Assembly (NCBI GenBank): GCA_963759775.1
Contig: CAVXAH010000001.1
Location: 464,682-528,681, forward strand
Reading direction: 5' to 3'
DNA length: 64,000 bases
Origin: an uncultured bacterium
GTDB taxonomy: Bacteria; Patescibacteriota; Minisyncoccia; Phycocordibacterales; Phycocordibacteraceae
Positions 33,561 to 41,502 of the stretch are shown here, one piece after another; positions within the stretch are counted from its first letter, which is position 1, and each line of letters starts with the position of its first letter. The notes under the pieces were generated by a model that worked only from the letters and a program-made list of their open reading frames with translations, did no database searches and was not told where the DNA came from. Made by a program: the position numbers and the translations under genes.

Positions 33561-34450
33561 TGCGATTCCTCGGAACGAAATGGTTTCTCGCGAGTGTCGT
33601 CGTTGTCGTGCTCGTGCTCGGCACGCTTGTATTTGCGTTTGTACAAAAAGAATCACCAAAGCCGCTCCCAGCAAAACCAGCTGAGTCCGCGAAGCTGGTA
33701 CCAAAGACAGAAATCATTGGCGCATCGGTTGGCGCGCGTGCTATCAAGGCGTATACGTACGGGACAGGGAAGACGCGCCTCCTGTTTGTCGGCGGCATAC
33801 ACGGCGGATACGAGTGGAACAGTGTTCTACTCGCATACCAATTTATGGATTATCTGGAGGCGCACCCGACCGCGTTACCCGCTAACCTCACTGTTTCCGT
33901 AGTTCCCTCGGCGAACCCGGACGGCGTGTTCAAGGTTGTGGGAAAGGAAGGACGCTTTACGGCTCTTGATGCATCAACGGACAAAACTATCCTTGCGAGC
34001 GGGCGGTTCAATGCACACACAGTTGACTTGAATCGGAACTTTGACTGCAAATGGAAACCAGAGAGCACCTGGCAAAGCCGCCCGGTGAGTGCCGGGACGG
34101 CGGCGTTTTCCGAGCCGGAGGCACAAGCGATTCGTAGTTTTGTGTTGAAAAATAAACCAGACGTAGTCGTGTTTTGGCACAGTCAGGCAAATGCCGTGTA
34201 TGCCTCAGAGTGCACGGAAGGAATGCTTCCCGTCACGCTTGATGCTATGAACGCCTATGCAAAAGCGGCGGGGTATACGCCCGTGAAGTCATTTGATGCC
34301 TACCCGATTACAGGCGACGCCGAAGGATGGCTCGCCTCCATTCATATCCCTGCTATCACCGTAGAGCTTAAAACGCACGAGACTGTTGAGTGGGAGCAGA
34401 ATTGGGCAGGTATCAAAGCACTCTTTACGTACTTTAGTGCTCGCCCATGA
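33560..34450 (+). CDS. M14-family zinc carboxypeptidase-like protein (membrane-anchored, intact)
   Basis: FVGGIHGGYEWNS (metal-binding His/Glu), VDLNRNFDC, FSEPEAQA, ITVELKTHE. N-terminal TM. Confidence 0.75.
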   Translation: MRFLGTKWFLASVVVVVLVLGTLVFAFVQKESPKPLPAKPAESAKLVPKTEIIGASVGARAIKAYTYGTGKTRLLFVGGIHGGYEWNSVLLAYQFMDYLEAHPTALPANLTVSVVPSANPDGVFKVVGKEGRFTALDASTDKTILASGRFNAHTVDLNRNFDCKWKPESTWQSRPVSAGTAAFSEPEAQAIRSFVLKNKPDVVVFWHSQANAVYASECTEGMLPVTLDAMNAYAKAAGYTPVKSFDAYPITGDAEGWLASIHIPAITVELKTHETVEWEQNWAGIKALFTYFSARP

Positions 34451-34498
34451 AAAAATCTTCATCAAAAACCAAATAACCACCTGGTATAATTCTTTCCT

Positions 34499-35005
34499 AT
34501 GCAAAAAATCACCCCGTTCTTGTGGTTCGATAAAGACGCCGAAGAAGCCATGAATCTGTACGTTTCCGTTTTCAACGGAAACCCGGCTAAGAAAAGCGAG
34601 TCCAAGATAGTGACTATCAAACGCTACCCCGGAGGCTTCACGGAGGGCCCGATGGCCGGTATGGAAGGAAAAGTCTTGACCGGAGTGTTTGAGCTTGAAG
34701 GGCAGAAATTTATGGCACTTGATGGCGGACCGATATTCAAGCCGAATGAGTCAATGTCCTTTCTTGTGGACTGCAAAACGCAGGAGGAAATAGATTATTT
34801 TTGGAATATCTTAACGGCTAATGGCGGACAAGAAAGCAAATGCGGCTGGCTTAAAGATAAATTCGGATTCTCGTGGCAAATAGTACCGGACATGGAACAA
34901 TATTTAAATGGCACGGACCAAGCGGGGAACCAGAGAGCCCTTCAGGCAATGCTCAAGATGGTCAAGATTGATCTAAAGACCTTGGAAAATGCCTACAAAG
35001 GCTAA
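34499..35005 (+). CDS. VOC-superfamily protein (PhnB / 3-demethylubiquinone-9 3-methyltransferase-like domain)
   Basis: ITPFLWFDKDAEEAMNLYVSVF...CGWLKDKFGFSWQIVP is the family signature. TATAAT box 8 nt upstream of the ATG. Confidence 0.75.
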   Translation: MQKITPFLWFDKDAEEAMNLYVSVFNGNPAKKSESKIVTIKRYPGGFTEGPMAGMEGKVLTGVFELEGQKFMALDGGPIFKPNESMSFLVDCKTQEEIDYFWNILTANGGQESKCGWLKDKFGFSWQIVPDMEQYLNGTDQAGNQRALQAMLKMVKIDLKTLENAYKG

Positions 35006-35255
35006 GACCCCACACGTGAGGTACTTCGTGTACCTACTAGAGTGCAAGGACAATTCAATTTATACGGGAATCACGACTGAGGTGAAGCGAAGGTTTGAAG
35101 AGCATAAAAATGGCACGGGAGGGCACTTTACGCGGGCAAAGAAAGCAAAACGCATTTTGTACACAGAAAAACAAAAAGATAGAAGCTCGGCACTGAAGCG
35201 GGAGGCAGAAATAAAGAAGTGGCCTCGCGAGAAGAAACTTGCACTCATCAAATAA
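34989..35255 (+). CDS. GIY-YIG nuclease superfamily protein (UPF0213-like)
   Basis: YFVYLLECKDNSIYTGITTEVKRRFEEHKNG...SSALKREAEIKKW. Confidence 0.8.
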   Translation: MPTKAKTPHVRYFVYLLECKDNSIYTGITTEVKRRFEEHKNGTGGHFTRAKKAKRILYTEKQKDRSSALKREAEIKKWPREKKLALIK

Positions 35256-35286
35256 TTATGTTATTCTATTTACCAATAACAACTCC

Positions 35287-35682
35287 ATGAGAGATTTCAA
35301 AAAATCAGGTAGTTTTGGAAAAAGAAGCTTTGGCGACCGCCCAAGTTTCGGCGCAAAGCGTTCTCCACGTCCGTTTGGCGCGCGCAATTTTGATAGACCA
35401 CTTGAAATGCACCAGGCTGAATGCAATGAGTGCCACAAGATGTGCGAAGTACCTTTCCGCCCTAACGGTAAAAAGCCGGTCTATTGCCGCGACTGCTTTA
35501 AAGGAAAAGAAGAGTCACCGCCGTCTTTTAGTAAGTCCTATGACAAAAGAGATGATTCTCCTCGCGAAGACAGTGGTGGAGCTGATTTGAAGAAGCAATT
35601 CAGCGTGCTTAACACCAAACTTGACCGCCTCACGGCCGCTATTGAAGCCCAAACACGCGTACTCTCCGGTTCAAAAGAATAG
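35287..35682 (+). CDS. Arg/Gly-rich protein with a CxxC...CxxC zinc ribbon
   Basis: MRDFKKSGSFGKRSFGDRPSFG...AECNECHKMCEVPFRPNGKKPVYCRDCF. The start is set at MRDFKK. Confidence 0.6.
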   Translation: MRDFKKSGSFGKRSFGDRPSFGAKRSPRPFGARNFDRPLEMHQAECNECHKMCEVPFRPNGKKPVYCRDCFKGKEESPPSFSKSYDKRDDSPREDSGGADLKKQFSVLNTKLDRLTAAIEAQTRVLSGSKE

Positions 35683-35861
35683 CCTGCTAGAATGTAAAGA
35701 ACCCCTCCTAGGAAGTCGGGGACCAGGGTTCTTGGCTGGTTAGGGATGCGGCCTCCGCCGCCCATAATTAGATGTTGCGTCCATTCAAACCCTTCGCAAA
35801 GCCTCGGGTCGTCTGGACGCCTCCAGTAAGAATAATACGCTGAAAACGTCACTATCTTCAC

Positions 35862-36770
35862 ATGCGCTACATACCTATAAGCATCGTTGCATTTTTGTTA
35901 CTCGCCGTAGGCGGTTTTTTTGTACTTAACGCGTATATTTATGAGGAAAAGCAGGCTGACGCGGCTACAAACTACAAAGACGCGACGTATCTGATAGACG
36001 GCGAACGCATAACGCTTAAAGACGGCGTGGCGGAAATGGAGGCGGCACCCGGATCTGCTTCCAAGGTAAGCGTTCGTTATTTTGGGAACGAAGTGAGACA
36101 TGACTTTGATGCAGATGGAAGAGAAGACGTAGCCTTCCTCATCACCATGGAAACAGGTGGCACAGGGCTTTTCTACTATGTGGTCGCGGCACTAAACACC
36201 GAAAGAGGGTACATAGGTTCGCAAGCACTCTATGTTGGTGACCGCATTGCTCCACAGCCAACAACAATGGGTACCGGAAATATCATTATCGTAAATTATG
36301 CAGACCGTGCGCCAGGTGAGAGTTTTGCCGTTCAGCCCTCAGTTGGTAAAAGCATCTGGCTCTTGCTTGATGTGGAGGCGATGCAGTTTGGAGAAGTGGC
36401 ACAAAATTTTGAGGGTGAGGCTGACCCGTCAAAAATGACGCTCGGTATGAAAGACTGGGCGTGGGTTTCCGCGACCTATAGTGACGGCACGCGCATTGTG
36501 CCACGCGCCAAAGATACATTCACGCTTACTTTCGCGAAGGACGGACGATTTTCAGCAACGACCGATTGCAATAGTATCGCGGGAAAGTACGTAGCAACGG
36601 GCACCAGCATCGTGTTTGGCGATATCATTTCAACCCTGATGTATTGCGAGGGCTCACAAGAGGGCGTATTTACCAAACTTCTCGGAGAGGCGGGGAACTA
36701 TCACTTCACTTCGCGTGGCGAGCTTATCTTAGACCTCAAGTTTGATAGCGGTTCGGCGGTGTTTCGATAG
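35862..36770 (+). CDS. Membrane-anchored protein with a C-terminal META (HslJ-like) domain
   Basis: N-terminal TM. The C-terminal FTLTFAKDGRFSATTDCNSIAGKYVATGTSIVFGDIISTLMYCEGSQEGVFTKLL...LILDL matches the META-domain pattern. Confidence 0.65.
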   Translation: MRYIPISIVAFLLLAVGGFFVLNAYIYEEKQADAATNYKDATYLIDGERITLKDGVAEMEAAPGSASKVSVRYFGNEVRHDFDADGREDVAFLITMETGGTGLFYYVVAALNTERGYIGSQALYVGDRIAPQPTTMGTGNIIIVNYADRAPGESFAVQPSVGKSIWLLLDVEAMQFGEVAQNFEGEADPSKMTLGMKDWAWVSATYSDGTRIVPRAKDTFTLTFAKDGRFSATTDCNSIAGKYVATGTSIVFGDIISTLMYCEGSQEGVFTKLLGEAGNYHFTSRGELILDLKFDSGSAVFR

Positions 36771-36858
36771 AGTGTGTTTTTCGCGGAAAGTCTGACCGCG
36801 GTCATACGTCATATACCGTAGCTGCCTCATGGCGGCTCTTTAACTTTAAATCTTCCCT

Positions 36859-37563
36859 ATGAAACACACATTCACTCGTATCTCAGGCACACTCGTTGGT
36901 GCACTTATTCTTCTCTCGCCTCTCGCGGCAAGCGCGAACACGCTTTCCGCAGAGGGAAATGCAAGCCTTCATCTCGGTTCTAAAATCGGGCTCTTCCATG
37001 GCGACAAAGAGAAATCAGAAAAGTCTAAAGATAAGAAAAAGGACCACTCTGACAAACGCTTCGGTGTGTATGGCGTCGTAGCTACAGAGAGCGGTTCTAC
37101 TCTTACGCTTCAAAGCGGAAAAGGTACGACCTATACCGTGAATACGGCCAGTGCGGACTTCAAGGGCGGAAGCGCAGCGGACATTTCGATGTCTGACGTA
37201 CTTCTTGTCTCGGGAAAAGTTGACGGGTCAACCATTATCGCATCACGCATCGTAAACATCACAGAAATTAAAAATGAGTGGCGTGAGAAAGCTGCACACG
37301 CGAAAGCAGGTGTGGTTACCGCTATAAGCGGTTCGGGCTTTACTATCGAACCGTTTAGTCTTGATAGCGCTCTCAGCATCACGACCGATTCGGCGACACT
37401 CTTCAAGCAAAACGGTGAGGCCACAACCTCAAGTGCTCTTGCTGTCGGCTCGCGCGTCATGCTCTCGGGAACTTCAACAGGATCAACCAGTTTCTCGGCA
37501 TCCATTGTTGAAATCTTCACGAAAGGGTTCGGACACATGAAGCATTGGTTCAAGACGCATTAA
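36859..37563 (+). CDS. Secreted hypothetical protein (repeated beta-rich modules)
   Basis: Signal peptide ...LSPLAASA. Lys-rich linker. Repeated 'T..T.F...G......l..G..V.vsG' modules. Confidence 0.55.
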   Translation: MKHTFTRISGTLVGALILLSPLAASANTLSAEGNASLHLGSKIGLFHGDKEKSEKSKDKKKDHSDKRFGVYGVVATESGSTLTLQSGKGTTYTVNTASADFKGGSAADISMSDVLLVSGKVDGSTIIASRIVNITEIKNEWREKAAHAKAGVVTAISGSGFTIEPFSLDSALSITTDSATLFKQNGEATTSSALAVGSRVMLSGTSTGSTSFSASIVEIFTKGFGHMKHWFKTH

Positions 37564-37581
37564 CGCTTAGATAGAAACTGA

Positions 37582-37618
37582 AAACACACAGCCCCGACTA
37601 TGTCGGGGCTGTGTGTTT
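37582..37618. terminator. Bidirectional terminator between convergent genes
   Basis: aaacacacagccccgac-tat-gtcggggctgtgtgttt, a perfect ~17-bp stem flanked by A and T runs. Confidence 0.75.
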
Positions 37619-37620
37619 AA

Positions 37621-38319
37621 TTACATTCCTAAACTCTTGAGAAATATACTGAGTTCCTCTCCTTCTATTTTGCGAAACGCGCCGGGAGGCATTCTGCCGA
37701 GAGTTATGTTCATAACACGTATACGCTTCAAGTCTTCCACCTCGTTATGCATGGCGGAAACCATGCGACGAATCTGATGTTTCTTTCCTTCGGTGAGGGT
37801 GATGGCGAACGAATGTTCGCTCAAGATTCGTACTTTGCATTCCTTGGTTTGGTACCCCTCAATATCAACACCCATCTCAAGACGCTTCGCAAAACCCTCG
37901 CGGAGTCGCTCTTTGGTTTTCACCGTGTACTCTTTTTCGTGCACGCGGTCGGGGTTTAGAAGGCGATCGGTTACTCGGCCGTCGTTCGTGAGGATGATAA
38001 GGCCGTGTGAGTCTTTATCAAGCCTTCCGACAGGGAAGGTGCCGGCTAGTTCCTTGTGTTTGGAGAGCTCTATACCGATGTCCGTATCGTCCTCTTCGGC
38101 GCTGTGCGTGACAACTCCTCGCGGTTTGTTGTATGCAAAATACACTCTATCCTTTTTTGCTCCTCCGGCATTCTTAACAACCACTTCGTCCGTTGCCTCT
38201 ACTTTATCGCCGAGGACTGCCACACGGCCGTTTATAAAGACCTTCTTTTGCACGATAAGCTCATCGGCCTCGCGGCGCGTGCCGTAGTTTTTGTGTGCAA
38301 GGTATTTATTAATCCGCAT
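37621..38319 (-). CDS. RsuA/RluB-family pseudouridine synthase with an S4 domain
   Basis: MRINKYLAHKNYGTRREADELI (S4), catalytic FPVGRLDKDSHGLIILTNDG, and KEYTVKT. The start is set at MRINKYL. Confidence 0.85.
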   Translation of the reverse strand: MRINKYLAHKNYGTRREADELIVQKKVFINGRVAVLGDKVEATDEVVVKNAGGAKKDRVYFAYNKPRGVVTHSAEEDDTDIGIELSKHKELAGTFPVGRLDKDSHGLIILTNDGRVTDRLLNPDRVHEKEYTVKTKERLREGFAKRLEMGVDIEGYQTKECKVRILSEHSFAITLTEGKKHQIRRMVSAMHNEVEDLKRIRVMNITLGRMPPGAFRKIEGEELSIFLKSLGM

Positions 38320-38373
38320 CGGGAAGAGGGGAGTTGTTGGTTCGTACCCGGCTTTCATCGACGCACAGTATCA

Positions 38374-38477
38374 CAAAACACATTTCAAAGCCCCGCTCGG
38401 CAAGTGCCTCCTCGGGCACGCGTCGCCGCCCCTGCGAGGCGGCGCGCTCGCGGGGCTGTCGTTTTGAAATGTGTTTG
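38374..38477. other. About 100-nt multi-branched palindromic element in the divergent intergenic region upstream of the ABC-F gene
   Basis: Outer stem aaacacatttcaaa/tttgaaatgtgttt (14 bp), second tier gccccgc/gcggggc. Two inner hairpins: gtgcc-tcctcg-ggcac and cgccgcc-cctgcga-ggcggcg. Confidence 0.45.
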
Positions 38478-38517
38478 AGAGATTTTCATTTCTCCCAAAC
38501 TAGGGTAGGTTGCATGG

Positions 38518-39978
38518 ATGGCAAGAGAAGAAGCGGTAATCAGGTTTGAAGATGTCTCGTTTTCACACGGGCACAACCACCCCATTTTGGAGGAGGTCAA
38601 TTTTGCGCTCCGGAAAGGGATGAAAGTAACCCTGATGGGTCAAAATGGCGCAGGCAAATCAACACTCTTTGCTCTCATGACCGGCGCACTTAGTCCGGAG
38701 TCAGGCGAAATACACTCCTCCCACGGCATGACCATCGCGACCGCCGCACAAGTAGTGCCACGCGAAAGCCTCACACTCTCGGTGCGGGAGTTTTTTCAGA
38801 AATGTTTTTCTAAGCCCGTATACGACATAGACCCAAAGATTGAGGCGGTACTTGAAGTGGTCAATCTGCACGTCAAAGACTTTTCCAAGATCATCCAGAC
38901 ATTCTCCGGCGGACAGCAGGCGCGCCTTCTTTTGGCCTCGGCGCTTATACAGGACCCCGACCTTCTTCTTCTTGACGAGCCTACGAACAACCTTGACCCG
39001 GCGGGTATAGAACACCTCACTACCTTTCTCAAAGAGTACGAGAAAACGTGCATGGTCATTTCGCACGATGCGGAGTTCCTCAACTCTTTTAGCGATGGCG
39101 TGCTCTATCTTGATGTGCACACAAGGAAGCTTGAGCAATACGCCGGGAATTACAAAGACCTCCTCGCGGAAATATCTCTGCGTATTGAACGAGAAAACCG
39201 CAAGAACGCTCAGCTTGCGAAGAAAATCCAGGACAACAAAGACAAGGCGAACTTCTTTGCGCAAAAAGGAGGCAAGATGCGTCTCGTTGCGAAGAAAATG
39301 CGGACTGAGATAGAAGAAATGGAGGAAGAAAAAGTAGATGTCAGGCGTGAAGACAAAACCATTCGGCCGTTCACCATTCCGGCCCAACCGGAATTGATTG
39401 GAGAAATAGTTTCCATCACCTCTTTTACGACGATGGATCCGAAAAAGCATAAGCCCAAAGCGCATACGGCCAATATTTCTCTCAAGAAAAGACACCACCT
39501 TCTTCTCAAGGGTCCAAACGGTATTGGAAAAAGCACACTGCTTGAAACGCTCGCCGGAGGAACGGCAGAGGGTGTGAAAATTGGGGATCGAGTGCGTGTC
39601 GGCTACTACCGCCAAGATTTTTCAACACTCAACTTCGACCACACGATTTTTGAATCCTTGATGGAGGCGATGGAAAAACAAGATGAGCACAAAATGCGTG
39701 CGACTGCAGCAGGATTTCTGCTCACGAGCGACGTGATGGGGAAGAAGATTGCTGTTATTTCAGAAGGTCAGAAAGGATTGGTCGCCTTCGCGCGGCTCGT
39801 TCTTCAACGGCCTGGGCTTTTGATACTTGATGAACCCACCAACCACATAAACTTCCGGCACCTACCGGTGATAGCCAAAGCACTTGATGCGTACGAAGGA
39901 GCAATGATTCTTGTCTCTCACGTGCCGGAGTTCGTCTCGCAAATTCGCATAGACCAGGTGCTCGATCTCGAGAAATAG
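38518..39978 (+). CDS. ABC-F family ATPase (two ABC cassettes, no TM domain)
   Basis: Walker A GQNGAGKST and GPNGIGKST. Signatures FSGGQQARLLLA and ISEGQKGLVAFA. Charged inter-domain linker. Confidence 0.9.
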   Translation: MAREEAVIRFEDVSFSHGHNHPILEEVNFALRKGMKVTLMGQNGAGKSTLFALMTGALSPESGEIHSSHGMTIATAAQVVPRESLTLSVREFFQKCFSKPVYDIDPKIEAVLEVVNLHVKDFSKIIQTFSGGQQARLLLASALIQDPDLLLLDEPTNNLDPAGIEHLTTFLKEYEKTCMVISHDAEFLNSFSDGVLYLDVHTRKLEQYAGNYKDLLAEISLRIERENRKNAQLAKKIQDNKDKANFFAQKGGKMRLVAKKMRTEIEEMEEEKVDVRREDKTIRPFTIPAQPELIGEIVSITSFTTMDPKKHKPKAHTANISLKKRHHLLLKGPNGIGKSTLLETLAGGTAEGVKIGDRVRVGYYRQDFSTLNFDHTIFESLMEAMEKQDEHKMRATAAGFLLTSDVMGKKIAVISEGQKGLVAFARLVLQRPGLLILDEPTNHINFRHLPVIAKALDAYEGAMILVSHVPEFVSQIRIDQVLDLEK

Positions 39979-39991
39979 AGAAAGACTTTGG

Positions 39992-40621
39992 TTAGCGCCC
40001 TGCGCGCAGGGCGCGCACTTCTTTGGGAAGCGTGCGGAACGTTATGGAATAACGAAGCGTTTTTGTTTTTGCAACACTATGCTGCCACACGGAGCGCACG
40101 GCGCCTCGCATCACATATACCGAGCGCGGCTCCACCTCAAGCGAGAGTACTTTCTTCGGGTCGCCAATACCTTCATATGGCCGGAAGCGCATGCGTGCCC
40201 AGCCAAGCAATGAAATGCCAACAACGTGCTCAAACGTTTCGGTATCTTTGTGCCACCCAAGCGACGTGCCGGGCGTGTATTCGTTCACCAGCGCTTCTAC
40301 AATACGACCTTTTGGAAGGTCAAGCCATTTTTCAATTCGGCGTGCGAATCTTTGCAGAAAACGGGGCAAGGCGGGCCCCGACACGAGCTTTTTGTTTTTA
40401 AAATCGTAGCTCCATCCGAAGTTTTTCATCCGGCGCCTCGCTTCGTATGCGTTTTCTGGTCCTCCGGTGGGATGTGTAAGCCCGGCGGACTCAATAAATG
40501 AAAGCAGAAGTTCCTCTTCGTCAGGAGTTATGAAGTTTGGTCGATACATAAGGCCGTTTGGGAACGTAACTGCCTCGTCGAAAAGTTTGTATTGGTCGCC
40601 GCTTCGGGTGCGCATAGGCAC
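39992..40621 (-). CDS. alkB: AlkB-like Fe(II)/2-oxoglutarate-dependent dioxygenase
   Basis: LVNEYTPGTSLGWHKDTE (HxD), ...WQHSV..., RYSITFRTL. Confidence 0.8.
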   Translation of the reverse strand: MPMRTRSGDQYKLFDEAVTFPNGLMYRPNFITPDEEELLLSFIESAGLTHPTGGPENAYEARRRMKNFGWSYDFKNKKLVSGPALPRFLQRFARRIEKWLDLPKGRIVEALVNEYTPGTSLGWHKDTETFEHVVGISLLGWARMRFRPYEGIGDPKKVLSLEVEPRSVYVMRGAVRSVWQHSVAKTKTLRYSITFRTLPKEVRALRAGR

Positions 40622-40657
40622 TTCAGTTTATCAAAAAGCGTACGCTATAATTGGAGA

Positions 40658-41080
40658 ATGTGGATGGTCTATGCGGCGGGTTCAGCAGTGGCGGCGTCTC
40701 TCGTCGCTATCTTTGGAAAAATAGGTCTTAAAGAAGTTGACCCAACCCTTGCGACCATTATCCGCGGTGTTCTCATGGCCGCCATCCTCGTTCTTGCCGG
40801 CTTAGTGTTCAAGAAATTTGAGGGCTTTTCGCTCACGCTCCTTGGAAGCAAAGCGTGGACATTTATTATCCTCTCGGCGCTCGCAGGAGCGGCATCGTGG
40901 GTGCTGTATTTCATTGCGCTACGCACCGGACCGGCAAGTAGTGTCGCGGTGATAGACAAGTTGAGCGTCATCTTCGTCATCTTTCTCGCGGCGTTGTTTC
41001 TTGGCGAGTCATTTACCATAAAAACGGTTCTGGGCGTTGTGTTTACGCTCGCGGGCTCGCTCCTCATCCTCTTTCCATGA
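40658..41080 (+). CDS. EamA-like small transporter family protein (about 140 aa, 4-5 TM)
   Basis: AAGSAVAASLVAIFGKIGLKEVDP...SWVLYFIALRTGPASSVAVIDKLSVIF. TATAAT box 6 nt upstream of the ATG. Confidence 0.7.
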   Translation: MWMVYAAGSAVAASLVAIFGKIGLKEVDPTLATIIRGVLMAAILVLAGLVFKKFEGFSLTLLGSKAWTFIILSALAGAASWVLYFIALRTGPASSVAVIDKLSVIFVIFLAALFLGESFTIKTVLGVVFTLAGSLLILFP

Positions 41081-41484
41081 AAGGATTCGTAACCAACATT
41101 GAGGAGTCATCGCTTCAAAACGAGTACTTCAGGAAGGTGCTCTACACCGATACACGTCTCCAGCTGGTCGTGATGAGTCTCGCGCCGATGGAAGAAATAG
41201 GCATGGAAGTGCACCAGCTTGACCAGTTTATTCGTGTTGAAAAGGGGAGTGGAAAAGCAATACTTGATGGAACTGAACACACGATTACTGACGGTTCAGT
41301 CGTAATTGTCCCTCAAGGTACAAACCACAACATCATAAACACATCTGCCACGGAGCCCATGAAGCTTTATACACTCTACGCGCCGCCAAACCACAAAGAC
41401 GGAACGGTACACAAAACAAAAGCGGATGCAGAAGAGGACGAAGCAGAACATTTTGACGGTACGACAACAGAGGCCTCGTCGTAA
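41077..41484 (+). CDS. Cupin_2 domain protein
   Basis: MEVHQLDQFIRVEKGSGKAILDG...VIVPQGTNHNIINT. ATGA overlap with the upstream gene. Confidence 0.75.
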   Translation: MKGFVTNIEESSLQNEYFRKVLYTDTRLQLVVMSLAPMEEIGMEVHQLDQFIRVEKGSGKAILDGTEHTITDGSVVIVPQGTNHNIINTSATEPMKLYTLYAPPNHKDGTVHKTKADAEEDEAEHFDGTTTEASS

Positions 41485-41502
41485 TAATGGAGCACTTCTC
41501 GC

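Noticed and set aside
38701-39615. A 304-aa minus-strand ORF.
   Set aside because: It is fully antisense to the ABC-F gene, which has two complete Walker A, signature and Walker B sets. The antisense product has no motifs and is Arg/Phe/Leu-rich.
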